DNA of 64,000 bases from an uncultured Gemmatimonadales bacterium (lineage in GTDB: Bacteria > Gemmatimonadota > Gemmatimonadetes > Longimicrobiales > RSA9). The translations under genes and the position numbers were made by a program. Position 1 is the first letter of the stretch. Every line of letters starts with the position of its first letter. Positions 10,199 through 23,940 of the stretch are shown piece after piece. The stretch covers positions 1 to 64,000 of the forward strand of contig CAWCUS010000004.1 of NCBI GenBank assembly GCA_963798845.1. Direction: 5' to 3'. The notes beneath the pieces were generated by a model. The model worked only from the letters and a program-made list of their open reading frames with translations, did no database searches and was not told the DNA's origin.

Positions 10199-11253
10199 TG
10201 GAAATTTTCGAGAAGATGAAGACGCACGAGCACGAGCAGGTGGTGTTCTGCTACGACCCGGTGTCCGGGTACAAGGGGATCATCGCCATCCACAACACCA
10301 CGCTCGGGCCGGCGCTCGGCGGCACCCGGTTCTGGAACTACGGCACGGACCAGGAAGCGCTCACGGACGTGCTCCGGCTCTCGCGCGGGATGACGTACAA
10401 GTCCGCGGCGGCGGGGCTCAACCTGGGGGGTGGGAAGTCCGTCATCATAGGCGACCCGAAGATGAAGCGTCGCGAGATGATCTTCCGCGCCCACGGCCGC
10501 TTCGTGGAGAGCCTGAAAGGGCGCTACATCACGGCCGAGGACGTGGGCACCAGCGTCGAGGACATGGACTACGTCCACATGGAGACGGAGTACGTGACAG
10601 GGCTGGCCGGGCGCTCGGGCGACCCATCGCCGGTGACCGCGTACGGGACGTACATGGGGATCAAGTCCGCAGCCAAGGCGAAGTACGGCACCGACGACCT
10701 GAAGGACGTCACGGTGGCGGTCCAGGGCGTCGGCCACGTGGGTTACTACCTGTGCAAGGACCTCGCGGACGAGGGCGCGAAGCTCATCGTCACGGACATC
10801 GATGACGAGCGGATCAAGCGCGTCGTCGACGAGTTCGACGCCTCGCCGGTGGGCGCGGCCGACATCTACGCGGCCGACGCGCAGGTCTTCGCGCCGTGCG
10901 CGCTGGGCGCTGTCGTGAACGACGAGACGCTGCCGAAGTTCAAGTTCGACATCATCGCGGGCGCCGCGAACAACCAGCTGGCGGAGGAGCGGCACGGCGA
11001 GGAGCTGAAGAAGAAGGACATTCTCTATGCCCCCGACTACGTGATCAACGCGGGCGGCGTGATCAACGTGTACGGGGAGCTGAACGGCTGGACGGCGGAG
11101 CGGTCGCGGCGGAAGGCCGGGGAGATCTACAACACCCTCGAGGAGCTGTTCGAGCTGGCGAAGGACGAGGGGATTCCCACGAGCGAAGCCGCGGACCGGC
11201 TGGCGGAGCGCCGCATCCAGCACGTGGCGGGCATCCAGCGGACCTGGCTGTAG
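10195..11253 (+). CDS. Leucine dehydrogenase (Glu/Leu/Phe/Val dehydrogenase family)
   Basis: [47 protein letters not shown] and GAANNQL motifs. Confidence 0.93.
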   Translation: MMEIFEKMKTHEHEQVVFCYDPVSGYKGIIAIHNTTLGPALGGTRFWNYGTDQEALTDVLRLSRGMTYKSAAAGLNLGGGKSVIIGDPKMKRREMIFRAHGRFVESLKGRYITAEDVGTSVEDMDYVHMETEYVTGLAGRSGDPSPVTAYGTYMGIKSAAKAKYGTDDLKDVTVAVQGVGHVGYYLCKDLADEGAKLIVTDIDDERIKRVVDEFDASPVGAADIYAADAQVFAPCALGAVVNDETLPKFKFDIIAGAANNQLAEERHGEELKKKDILYAPDYVINAGGVINVYGELNGWTAERSRRKAGEIYNTLEELFELAKDEGIPTSEAADRLAERRIQHVAGIQRTWL

Positions 11254-11264
11254 CGGAGCATTCC

Positions 11265-12548
11265 ATGGATGCACTGAGAGCGGCAGACCCGGAGATCTTC
11301 GGCACCGTCGCCGATGAGGCGCGTCGTCAGGACGAGACGCTGGAGCTCATCGCCAGCGAGAACTTCACGTCTCCAGCGGTGCTGGAGGCGATGGGGTCGG
11401 TGCTGACCAACAAGTACGCCGAAGGGTATCCGGGTCGCCGCTACTACGGCGGCTGCGAGGTGGTGGACGAGACAGAGAGGCTGGCGATCGCGCGCTGCGA
11501 GGCGCTCTTCGGTGCCGAGCACGCCAACGTCCAGCCGCATTCCGGGTCGCAGGCCAACATGGCCGCCTACATGACCCTGATGCAGCCTGGAGACACGCTT
11601 CTCGGGATGAACCTGAGCCATGGGGGCCACCTCACCCATGGCTCGCCCGTCAACTTCAGCGGACAGTTGTACAAAGTGGTGGCGTACGGCGTCGACGAGG
11701 CCACCGGCCGGATCGACTACGACCAGGTCAGGGCGCTGGCGCTGGAGCACCGGCCCCGGGTGATCGTGACCGGTGCCAGCGCGTACCCGCGCACCATCGA
11801 CTTCGAGGTGTTCGGCAGCGTGGCGCGGGAAGTCGACGCGGCGCTGGTGGTGGACATGGCGCACATCGCCGGCCTCATCGCCGGCGGCGTGCACCCCAGC
11901 CCCGTCCCGCACGCCGACATGGTCACCTCCACCACGCACAAGACGCTGCGCGGCCCGCGCGGCGGCTTCGTGCTCACGACGGAGGCGCACGCGAAGGCGC
12001 TGGACAAGACGGTGTTTCCGGGGATGCAGGGGGGCCCGCTCATGCACGTCATCGCCGCCAAAGCCGTGGCGTTCCACGAGGCCGCCACGCCGGAGTTCCG
12101 GGCGTACGTGGCGCGGGTGGTGGCGAACGCGCGCGCGCTTGCCGACGCGCTCATGGAGCGCGGACACACCCTGGTGAGCGGCGGCACGGACAACCACCTG
12201 CTGCTGCTCGATCTGAGCGACCGCGAGCTCACGGGCAAGGACGCGGAGGCCGCGCTGGAGGCCGCCCGCATCACCACGAACAAGAACACGGTGCCGGGGG
12301 AGAAGCGGTCACCGTTCGTCACCTCGGGGGTCCGGATCGGCACGGCCGCGCTCACCACGCGCGGCCTGGACGAGGAGGACATGCGGCGCATCGGCGGCTG
12401 GATGGCCGACGTGCTGGAAGCCCCCGCGGACGAAAGGGTACGGGATCGCGTCCGCCACGGCGTGCGGGAGCTGACGAGCGCCCACCCGCTCTACCCGGAG
12501 TGGCGGGAAGCGAGGTTCGACGCCGCCGTTCCGCCGCCGCTGCCGTGA
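11265..12548 (+). CDS. glyA: Serine hydroxymethyltransferase
   Basis: [29 protein letters not shown] and [12 protein letters not shown] motifs. Confidence 0.96.
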   Translation: MDALRAADPEIFGTVADEARRQDETLELIASENFTSPAVLEAMGSVLTNKYAEGYPGRRYYGGCEVVDETERLAIARCEALFGAEHANVQPHSGSQANMAAYMTLMQPGDTLLGMNLSHGGHLTHGSPVNFSGQLYKVVAYGVDEATGRIDYDQVRALALEHRPRVIVTGASAYPRTIDFEVFGSVAREVDAALVVDMAHIAGLIAGGVHPSPVPHADMVTSTTHKTLRGPRGGFVLTTEAHAKALDKTVFPGMQGGPLMHVIAAKAVAFHEAATPEFRAYVARVVANARALADALMERGHTLVSGGTDNHLLLLDLSDRELTGKDAEAALEAARITTNKNTVPGEKRSPFVTSGVRIGTAALTTRGLDEEDMRRIGGWMADVLEAPADERVRDRVRHGVRELTSAHPLYPEWREARFDAAVPPPLP

Positions 12549-12627
12549 CCCCGGGACCGGGGAAGCCGTTGCATGACAGTCGGTTCCGCCGCACATTTCT
12601 GCGGTAGATCCATTTTCGCGGTGTGGT

Positions 12628-13011
12628 ATGAACGAAAGCATGGCCTTCGCCGATGATGTGCTGGACCGTCTGCGCGAGCGGTATCCCCGCTACCGCGAGA
12701 CGGCCTACCTCTTCATTCTGGCAGCGCTTCATCACGTCCTGGAACAGCTCCCGCACCCGCGCCACATAAGCGGTCCGGAGCTGGCCGACGGCGTGCGCGA
12801 GCTGGCGATCCACCGGTTCGGACCGATGGCTCGCACGGTTCTGCAGCACTGGGGGATCGAGCGCACCGACGACATGGGCGAGATCGTGTTCGCCCTGGTG
12901 GAGGCCGGCATCCTGCTCAAGCAGGATGAGGACTCACCCAGCGATTTCGAGGCGCTCTACGACTTCGAGGACGTGTTCGAGGCCGATTACCCCTGGGGGG
13001 CCAGCATCTGA
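12628..13011 (+). CDS. Minf_1886-like conserved hypothetical protein
   Basis: RY..AYLFI..AL...RHISGPEL..GVRELAIHRFGPMARTVLQHWGI..T.DMGEIVFALVE matches my recollection of this family. Confidence 0.75.
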   Translation: MNESMAFADDVLDRLRERYPRYRETAYLFILAALHHVLEQLPHPRHISGPELADGVRELAIHRFGPMARTVLQHWGIERTDDMGEIVFALVEAGILLKQDEDSPSDFEALYDFEDVFEADYPWGASI

Positions 13012-13053
13012 AGCCGCCCGACGCGGCCGAACCACGGAACCAGGCGGGAGGGG

Positions 13054-13254
13054 ATGACGATGAGCGAAGCGCAATGGCCGGAGTGCCAGAAGTGCGGGGA
13101 GGGCCGCATGCTTCCGCTGTCCGATTACGGTCGGGACGGCGCGCCGATCCGCTACAAGGCGTGGGTCTGCTCCAACCCCGAATGTGGCTTCAACATCCGG
13201 ATCGACAACGGCGAGATCAGCTTCGGGCGCACCATCGGCCCGAGCTACAAGTAA
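13054..13254 (+). CDS. Small zinc-ribbon protein
   Basis: CQKC...CSNPEC; strong SD gggaggg; codon usage typical of a real gene. Confidence 0.8.
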   Translation: MTMSEAQWPECQKCGEGRMLPLSDYGRDGAPIRYKAWVCSNPECGFNIRIDNGEISFGRTIGPSYK

Positions 13255-13267
13255 ACCCGGCCCGATC

Positions 13268-14802
13268 ATGACCGGCGTCTACGGACGCGAGGACGTGGCC
13301 CTCCTCACGGCCGAGGAAGCCGCGGCGCTGGACCGCCGTGCGCAGCAGGGCGGGATCCCCGAGCGCGCGCTCATGGAGAATGCCGGCCGCGCCCTCGCCC
13401 TGGTGGTCCACCGCCTCTACCCCGAAGGCCCGATCGTGGCCGTGGTGGGCAGGGGCAACAATGGCGGGGACGCGCTGGTGGCGCTGCGCTCCCTGCGGGA
13501 GTGGGGGCGCGACGTCGCCTACATTCCCGCGGGCTCCCACGACCCCGATGCCCGCCTCCTCTCCGGCCGCGCCATCCGCCGCGCCTCCATCGACGAGGCG
13601 CCGGCCGCCTTCGCCGGGGCCGCCGTGATCCTGGACGGGATCCTCGGCACGGGGGCGTCGGGTGCGCCCCGTGAGCCGGCGGCCATGCTGGTCCGCCAGA
13701 TGAACGCCAGCGGACGCCCCGTCGTCGCGCTCGACATCCCCACCGGGGTGGACCCCACCACCGGAGAGGTCCCGGGTGACGCCGTGCACGCCGCCGTCAC
13801 CGTGCAGTTCGGCTGGCCGAAGACGGGCGCCCTGTTCGAGCCGGGCCGCTCCCATTGCGGCCGACTCATGGCCGTGGAGATCGGGTTCCCGCCGCTCCAG
13901 GCGGACGAGCCCGGTGCCCGTCTCGTGACGCCCGACTGGGCCCGTGCCACGCTGCCATACCGCCCCCCCGACGCCCACAAGAACTCCGTCGGCCGCGTCC
14001 TGATCGTGGCGGGGCGGAAGGGGATGGGCGGGGCGCCGGCCATCGCGGCGCGCTCCGCCATGCGGGCCGGGGCCGGCTACGTGCGCGTCGCTTCGGCCGA
14101 AGCGAACCGCGTCATCATCCAGTCGCGGGCGCCCGAAACGCTGTTCGTGGACCGGGACGACCGCGACGCGGTGGCGGAGGCGCTGGAGCAGAGCGACGCG
14201 ATCCTGATCGGGCCCGCGCTGGGCACGGGCGAGGACGGAGAGGCGCTCCTGGACCTGGTCCTGGCCGGGCTCGGCGACCGGGGCTGCATCCTCGACGCGG
14301 ACGCCCTCACCATCCTGGCCGGCCGGCAACGCGGGCTCGGCGCGCTCCAGGGACGGCGCGTGCTCGCCACGCCCCACCCGGGGGAGATGAGCCGATTGAG
14401 CGGGCGGCCCGTGGCGGAGATCCGCCGAGACCCGATCGGCCAGGCGCGCCTGCTCGCCCAGACCGCGGGCGTCACCGTGCTCCTGAAGGGGGCTCCTTCG
14501 GTGGTGGCGGAGCCGGACCGCCCCGTGCTCGTTTCGACCGTGGGCTCGTCCGACCTGGCCACCGCCGGCATGGGCGACCAGCTCGGCGCCGAGGCCGCCG
14601 CCTTCCTCGCCGGCGGCGCCACGCCCGCCGACGCGGCCGGGCTGGCGCTCCTGTACGGCGGCCGCGCCGCAGAGCTCGCCGGGCGCGCCCGATCGCTGAC
14701 GCCCGACGACGTCGCCGATGCCCTCCACCTGGCGTTCGATGATGCCGGGCCGGCCGCTCCGCCGCTCGACCTGCCGTTCGTGGTTTTCGACCAGCCGCCG
14801 CA

Positions 14803-14809
<7 letters not shown>
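13268..14809 (+). CDS. nnr: Bifunctional NAD(P)H-hydrate epimerase/dehydratase
   Basis: LMENAG, GRGNNGGD, DIPTG, DAHK..GRVLIVAG, DADAL, TPHPGEM and LATAGMGD motifs. Confidence 0.92.
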
Positions 14810-18198
<3,389 letters not shown>

Positions 18199-19751
18199 GG
18201 CCGGCGCGGGGTGCGGCGTCCGACCACGGCGCCTCACCGCGTCCAAGGGAGCCCGTTCACCCCCGCGTCGCCAGTCCGAGAGGAAGGCGTTTTCCGCCAC
18301 CTCGTGGATGTCGCCCGTCTCCAGGTCGATCGTGACGACACTCCAGGCGTCGCCGTCGTATGCGTCGACCAGAAGTCGCCCCCCGTCGGGCGACACGCCC
18401 TGGATCACGAAGAAGGACCACGCCGGTGCGAGCAGGAAGCGAGCATCGCTGCCATCCGGGCGCATGGACCAGATTTCCTCATCTGCACGCGAGAAGTAGA
18501 TCCGGCTGCCGTCGGGTGCCCATACCGGATCGCTCTCGTGCGTGTCGAGGCCGGTGAGGCGCTTCTGGTGGGAGCCGTCCGCATCCATCACCCAGATGCT
18601 GAATGTCAGGTGCTGGGCAGTCCATGTGTTTTCCTGCAGGCTGCGGTAGACAATTCGGTCGCCGGAGGGGGAGAAGCGGGCCCGGCTGTGGGCATACCCG
18701 CAGCCATCGGTGAGCTGTACGGGATTGGATCCGTCCGCATTGGCCACGAAGATCTGTGTCCACGTGGAATCGCCACACTCCGGGGCGGACGTCTTGACGT
18801 GATACACGATCTTGCTGCCGTCGGGTGAGAAGCTGGGCATCATGTGCAGCAGCCCGCGAGCATCCGGAGCGCTGAGATTCGTCAGCTGTTCTTCCTTCCA
18901 CTCGGGCGCGGCGACACGAAACAGCTGCCAGGTCTCTTCCCTCGTGCGCTTCGAATAAATGATCGCCGATCCGTCGCTGTTCCAGTCGGGCCACTCTCCG
19001 CCTTCGAGAGTCACGACGGCAGCGTCCGAGCCGTCGGGATTCGTGACCCGGACACCTCGGCTTCCGTCCGGTCCTGGGACCGCGTAGGTGATGGCTCCCG
19101 GCCTGACGGCTCGAGCCGTGACCTCCACAGGCGGGGCTTCGCCTACCTGAACCGACAGCAGCTGGCTGCCCAGTTCGGGGCCGAGCGTCCATTCCGCGCT
19201 CGCCCCGCCGCTGGGGTCGGTGGCGCTGCTCCCGACCACGCTCCCGCCACCCAGTTGCACGGTCCACACCACCGGTACGTCGGGAGCGCTGACCGGCTCG
19301 CCCGCGTCGTCGAGGGCCACTACCCGGATCGGCGTCAGCAGCGGCGCGCCCGGGAATCGAATCTGGTGATCTCCACCGGCGAGCCCGATCGATCGCACCT
19401 GCGAGGCCGGATTCGTCACCCCGGAATCACAGCCGCCGCTGACCAGCGCGATCCCCGCCAGTGGGACGAGGAGGAGTCGTGCGGGTTCGGAAGCGTTGCT
19501 CATGTTCATTGTCTCCGTGCGAGCCCTAGATCGGCGGACGGCAGAGTAAAGCCTGAGCTCTCCCGCTCGCCATGAACACGAACAAGCTGCGCCTGCCGCC
19601 GCCCCCGCACATGGGTCGTTGTGCCCTATCCTGCGCCGAGGGCGCCGTCGCGCTGGAGCCCCTCACGGCCGCCGGACTCCGCCGGCGCAGGCGCTGAGCC
19701 CGCCAGAGGACGTCCCAACCCCGGCCGAAGCGTTGCTACGTCGCTCCCAGG

Positions 19752-19779
19752 TTGACAACCCCGGTCGTTCGGATACCTT
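19752..19779 (+). promoter_or_regulatory. Sigma70 promoter of tRNA-Met
   Basis: TTGACA-N16-TACCTT, 15 nt before the tRNA. Confidence 0.65.
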
Positions 19780-19793
19780 TTCTTGTCTGTGCC

Positions 19794-19865
19794 GGCAGGG
19801 TAGCTCAATCGGTAGAGCAACGGAATCATAATCCGTGCGTTGGGGGTTCGAGTCCCCCCCTGCTA
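19794..19865 (+). tRNA. tRNA-Met (CAT), probably elongator; CCA not encoded
   Basis: Acceptor GGCAGGG/CCCTGCT, D arm GCTC/GAGC, anticodon arm ACGGA-ATCATAA-TCCGT, T loop TTCGAGT. Confidence 0.92.
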
Positions 19866-19888
19866 CTTCAATGACCGCAACGGTTTTC

Positions 19889-19920
19889 GCCCCTTCGGCT
19901 TCGTGCCGGAGGGGCGTTTT
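19889..19920 (+). terminator. Intrinsic terminator after tRNA-Met
   Basis: cgccccttcggc-ttcgt-gccggaggggcg followed by tttt. Confidence 0.75.
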
Positions 19921-19991
19921 CACGGCGCGTGGCGACTGGTGGGTTACAGCGGCAGGAGAGAGGCCGCCGACGGGCAGGAACGGCACCAGCG

Positions 19992-20237
19992 TCAACCTTC
20001 ATCGCGCGGGGAGTCGTGGTAGAGGATCTCACCTGTTCTCTTGTGCACGAGCACGACCTCGCTGCTCCTCATCGTGGCCGACCGTGGCAGGTACACGACC
20101 CAGCAGGCTTCCAGGGGTACCGAGAGGCCGTAGGCATTCACTCGAGCCGCCTTGCCGTCGATCGTCCTGAGCCGATGAGGATCCGGGAGGGACATGTAGC
20201 GCGCAGCTATCTCGGCTGCCTGCAGGGGGAAGATCAT
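19992..20237 (-). CDS. Small hypothetical protein (81 aa)
   Basis: ATG 20237 lies just downstream of the DUF932 gene on the same strand. The sequence is globular-looking and ends VVLVHKRTGEILYHDSPRDEG. Confidence 0.6.
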   Translation of the reverse strand: MIFPLQAAEIAARYMSLPDPHRLRTIDGKAARVNAYGLSVPLEACWVVYLPRSATMRSSEVVLVHKRTGEILYHDSPRDEG

Positions 20238-20256
20238 CGATTTGCCGGAGGGTGAT

Positions 20257-21324
20257 TCATCGCAATGAAGCCGAAGCCCCAGCGGTCGCCGCGAAGGCGA
20301 GGAGCCGGTACTTGCAGCTGCGCTTGATCGCGAAGAGATGCCCGTCGAGCAGGGAGCGCGTTCGCTCGTTCCGGACCGGGAATAGAGAGTGACCATGGTC
20401 GACCGCCTGCACCAGCCCGTTGTAGGCCTCCCACGCTGAAGCGTCGCCGACGTGCCCTTTCCCCTCGGTCCAGAGAACTCTGATCGTTCTACGCCGATCG
20501 AGTGCCCTCTGGAGCGCCTCCTCGGCCTGGCGATTGGACGCCCGCCAGCCGGGGTCGTTTCGGGGATCGGGCGCGACCGGGTCGAGCACGAGCGTCATGA
20601 ACTGCTGCTCGTCCAGCTCGGTGCGCTGGAGCGTGCGATACTGCTGCGCCAGGATCTCGAACCGCTCAATGATGGGCCGTAGCATCTGTTCGGCGGCGTC
20701 GGCCATGCGCCACCTGCCACCGGACGTGTGCCGAACGGCGACGAAGCGAAACTTGCCGGATCGCAGGTCGCCGATCGCGACGTCCAGGGTGTTGGCGCAC
20801 ACCACCCGTATGGTGGTTTCCGCGATGCGGGCGGTCCGTTGGCCGGCGTGGTTGTTCGCGACCAGGATGAAGGGAGCGACCTCATCCCCGAACACTTCGT
20901 GGACGATCGGCCCACAGCGGTCGAGGTCGAAACGGGCCAGCAGCCAGGCGTCGGCACCGCCACGGAGAACTCCGCCGGTTTCCAGGCTGAGGACCCCCTG
21001 CTCCAGGAGAGGTCGGACTCCCTCGAACGCGTCCCGATTCTGGATCGGCTCGTACTCTCGACCCACGACCCCCAACTGGACGTCCCGGTCCGTGCGGACC
21101 GTGAAGTATGTGTCCTCGCTCTCGACCAGGTACCCGTCCGCGCGCGGGCCGCTCGGTCTGTAGGCCGGCACCTTGACGACGTGGTAGTCCAGGTTGGCGA
21201 GCAGGAGCGCCTCGTCGAGGCCGGGTGCCTCGTCGAGCAGCGTCCCCTCCCTGTGCCAGGCGGATTGGCGAACAGCGAAGAAGCTCGCGCGACCGTCGGC
21301 TCCGTGGTCCAGATCTGCAGGCAT
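20257..21324 (-). CDS. DUF932 family phage/plasmid-like protein
   Basis: SAWHREG, TVRTD...LGVVGREYEPIQNRDAF, ETGGVLRGG, N.HAG, IRVVCANTL, RHT and SAWEAYN motifs. Start ATG 21324; the ORF extends to 21393. Confidence 0.85.
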   Translation of the reverse strand: MPADLDHGADGRASFFAVRQSAWHREGTLLDEAPGLDEALLLANLDYHVVKVPAYRPSGPRADGYLVESEDTYFTVRTDRDVQLGVVGREYEPIQNRDAFEGVRPLLEQGVLSLETGGVLRGGADAWLLARFDLDRCGPIVHEVFGDEVAPFILVANNHAGQRTARIAETTIRVVCANTLDVAIGDLRSGKFRFVAVRHTSGGRWRMADAAEQMLRPIIERFEILAQQYRTLQRTELDEQQFMTLVLDPVAPDPRNDPGWRASNRQAEEALQRALDRRRTIRVLWTEGKGHVGDASAWEAYNGLVQAVDHGHSLFPVRNERTRSLLDGHLFAIKRSCKYRLLAFAATAGASASLR

Positions 21325-21579
21325 GTTCGACTCCGCTGGGCAGGTCAGAATGTCCATGATAATGATGGCCACTGACAAACGCGGGTGATCCACGATCGCA
21401 GCGAGCGTTCAGGAGTCGATACCGTGGCAGGACAGGCTGAGCGGCGAGGGGAACAGGCGCCGGGGCGGTGGGCGCCCGCTGGCACGGGCGGTGTCGAGGT
21501 TGGGGGCAGCGGGCGTCGTCCAGGAGCCTCGCCGTTCCGCTGCCGCCGGGCCTGACGACCCCGGGCCGGGCGGACGGCG

Positions 21580-22536
21580 TCAGCGCGTGTAGCGTCCCAC
21601 GGCGAGCTCGATGATGCGCCCGATCAGCGCCTCGTACGGCAGCCCGGCGCGCTCGGCCGCCTCCGCGAACACCTCTCCATCGGCCAGGTAGCAGTTGGGG
21701 TTCACCTCGAGCACGAACAGCTCGCCGCTCTCATCCAGGCGCAGGTCCACGCGGGCATAGTCGCGCAGGCGCAGGGCCCGGAACGCCTCGACGGAAACGG
21801 TACGCATGCGGTCCTCCAGGGCGGGGTCTAAGTGGTCCGGGAAGACCACGCGGCAGCCGGCGAACTCCTCGTGCTCCTCCTCCCACTTGGCGCTCCAGCT
21901 CGCGACGCGCGGTACCCCTTCCGGGTAGGAGGACATGTCCAGCTCGGCGGGCGGCAGCGCCACCGCGTCCTCGTTCCCCAGCACGCCCACGTAGAACTCG
22001 CGGCCCTCGACGTAGCGCTCGACCAGGATCGGGCCCGGGTGCTGCCGCTGGATCTCATCCATGCGGATGAGCAGCTCGTTCAGGTCCCGCACCACCGACG
22101 AAGAGGCGATCCCGATGGATGCGTCCTCCTGCGGCGGCTTGACGATCAGGGGGAAGCGCAGCGAGTCGGCCGTCTCCAGGGCGCCGCGGTGAACGGCAGC
22201 GAACTCGGGCGTGCGGATCCCGTGGAAGGAGAGGATCCGCTTCGCGAGCACCTTGTCCCCGGCCAGCATGAGCCCGGAATGGCTGGAGCCGGTGTAGCGG
22301 AGGCCCAGCAGGTTGAGCAGCGAAGCGATCCCGGAATCGAGGGCGCTCTTGCCCGCGAACGACTCGGTGAGGTTGTAGACGAGGTCCGGCGCCTCATCGC
22401 GCAGGCGCCCGGCCAGACGTACGACGTCCGGGTCCGAGGCGAGCGCGAGCGTCTCGTGGCCGAGGGAGCGCACCGCCGCGAACACCTCGTCCACCACCTC
22501 GTCCCGCTCCGCGTCGTGCAGAACGACCACTTTCAT
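21580..22536 (-). CDS. D-Ala-D-Ala-ligase-like ATP-grasp protein
   Basis: YTGSS, DKVLAK, IVKPPQEDASIGI, ERYVEGREFYVGVLG, YARVDLRL and LEVNPN motifs; lacks the N-terminal GGxSxE of true Ddl. Confidence 0.87.
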   Translation of the reverse strand: MKVVVLHDAERDEVVDEVFAAVRSLGHETLALASDPDVVRLAGRLRDEAPDLVYNLTESFAGKSALDSGIASLLNLLGLRYTGSSHSGLMLAGDKVLAKRILSFHGIRTPEFAAVHRGALETADSLRFPLIVKPPQEDASIGIASSSVVRDLNELLIRMDEIQRQHPGPILVERYVEGREFYVGVLGNEDAVALPPAELDMSSYPEGVPRVASWSAKWEEEHEEFAGCRVVFPDHLDPALEDRMRTVSVEAFRALRLRDYARVDLRLDESGELFVLEVNPNCYLADGEVFAEAAERAGLPYEALIGRIIELAVGRYTR

Positions 22537-23618
22537 GAGTCCGCCTCGGCGTCGGGAGAGGGGTCGGTGTAGCGATGGTTCATGATCACGGCGGTGCCGA
22601 AGGCGGTCAGCTCGATCAGCGTCTCCGCCTCTTCGCCGGCGCGTGACAGCTCGAGCGCGTCCGCACGGTCGTGCAGCAGGTCGATGAACTGCCGGACCCC
22701 GTGGCTCGTCTCCCCCGTCCAGTAGGCGATGCGCCGTACCAGCTCGCGGCGGTGGCGCCGGATGAAGGCGGCGGCCGTCTCGGACTCCGCACCGGCCTCG
22801 GGCGGCGAGGGCGTCCCGCGGCCGGAGCTCGAGCTGGGGGCGGTGGTCGAGAACAGGTTGCGGAGATCGGCGTCGAAGTGCGCCGGCTCCCCCAGCGGGA
22901 GCAGGTCCTGCCAGTCCGAGTAGTACTCCCCGAGGGTGGCGTGCATGGCTTCGACCGGGAGGTACTCCGGGCGGATTCGCGGCACCGCGACCTCCACCCG
23001 GCCCACCTCGGCCATGACCCGCTCCACGTACTCCAGCTTCCGCAGCGCGGGCCAGCCCCGGTACCGTTTCCTCCAGTCGAGCCCGGGTGTCAGCCACACC
23101 GCGAAGGTCTCGGCGAAGTCCTCGTCGGGGTGCTTCTGGGCGTACCACCCGAGGATATGGCGCACGTGCGCCCGGGAGAACGGGTCGACGCGAAACCGGT
23201 CCCGGTAGGGGCGGGAGTACGGGCCGAACAGCTGACGCCACGCGGCCCGGTCGTGGAGCCGGTAGGCGTAGTTGAAGGCGTGGCCCGTCTCGTGCCGCAT
23301 GATCTTCATCGGGTCGTCCTCCTCCTCGAGCACGACCGCCGCTTCCCGCTCCAGCCGCTCCAGCCGACGATCGGCAAGGAAGAACGGGACCCCGATGGCC
23401 GCCACGCCCTCCGGACACCCCCACTCGTCCGTGAGGTAGACCGGCGGGCGGAACACGAGGCCTCGCTCCGCCAGCTCCTCGTACAGACGCTCCACCAGCA
23501 CCTCGACCGGCGACCCCTCGATCCGCAGCCCCAGATCGGATATGCGGCGGCCCAGCAACGCCTCCCGCTGCTGCCGCCACGCCGCTTCCGCGGGCTGCCG
23601 CCGGTCGTGCTCCGGCAC
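22533..23618 (-). CDS. Putative zinc-binding metallopeptidase (zincin, Peptidase_Mx-like)
   Basis: RHETGHA (HExxH) and WYAQKHPDEDFAETFAVWL; 4-bp overlap with the ATP-grasp gene. Start GTG 23618 or TTG 23654. Confidence 0.82.
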   Translation of the reverse strand: MPEHDRRQPAEAAWRQQREALLGRRISDLGLRIEGSPVEVLVERLYEELAERGLVFRPPVYLTDEWGCPEGVAAIGVPFFLADRRLERLEREAAVVLEEEDDPMKIMRHETGHAFNYAYRLHDRAAWRQLFGPYSRPYRDRFRVDPFSRAHVRHILGWYAQKHPDEDFAETFAVWLTPGLDWRKRYRGWPALRKLEYVERVMAEVGRVEVAVPRIRPEYLPVEAMHATLGEYYSDWQDLLPLGEPAHFDADLRNLFSTTAPSSSSGRGTPSPPEAGAESETAAAFIRRHRRELVRRIAYWTGETSHGVRQFIDLLHDRADALELSRAGEEAETLIELTAFGTAVIMNHRYTDPSPDAEADS

Positions 23619-23720
23619 CTCATTCTCTGCGCGCACAACCGCCGCAACAAGCAAGGGACGGGCCGGGCGACATCATCACCGGCGCCGACCGGTGGCGGGG
23701 GGGCCGCCCCGACCGGGAGT

Positions 23721-23737
23721 TGGCACGTAAGATGCCA
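23721..23737. promoter_or_regulatory. Palindromic sigma54-type -24/-12 promoter readable on both strands
   Basis: + strand TGGCACGTAAGATGC; - strand TGGCATCTTACGTGC. Both have GG-N10-GC spacing. Confidence 0.6.
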
Positions 23738-23747
23738 TCACCAAACC

Positions 23748-23940
23748 GGTTACGGGCACTCAGCATTCACCTGTCCGCTCGGGGACGGAGAAGTCCGGGA
23801 CGGGATCGCGGGAGCGGCATTCCGAGGAAACCACGCGGATCCGAGAGGACGAGGAGGACGAGGGTTGACGAGCTGAGGCTCGCGAGGGACGGCCGGAGCC
23901 AGCGGCGGCTCCGGGCTCCCCTCGGGACCCGGGCTTCTCG
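23748..23940 (+). ncRNA. Candidate GGA-rich structured small RNA or leader
   Basis: Lies downstream of the sigma54-type promoter; 12 GGA trinucleotides in 23783-23897; hairpins at 23893-23914 and 23911-23932; no credible ORF. Confidence 0.4.

Noticed and set aside
21480..21495. TGGCACGGGCGGTGTC as a sigma54 promoter
   Set aside because: It has GT rather than GC at -12, and no + strand gene follows.
21580..22536. Calling the ATP-grasp gene ddl or a van ligase
   Set aside because: It lacks the Ddl N-terminal substrate motif, has no cell-wall or van context, and is coupled to a zincin instead.
23786..23940. Resemblance of GGAGAAGTCCGGG...ACCCGGGCTT to the RNase P RNA P4 helix
   Set aside because: The span is far too short for bacterial RNase P RNA, and the conserved GAGGAAAGUCC and ACAGAA elements are not matched.
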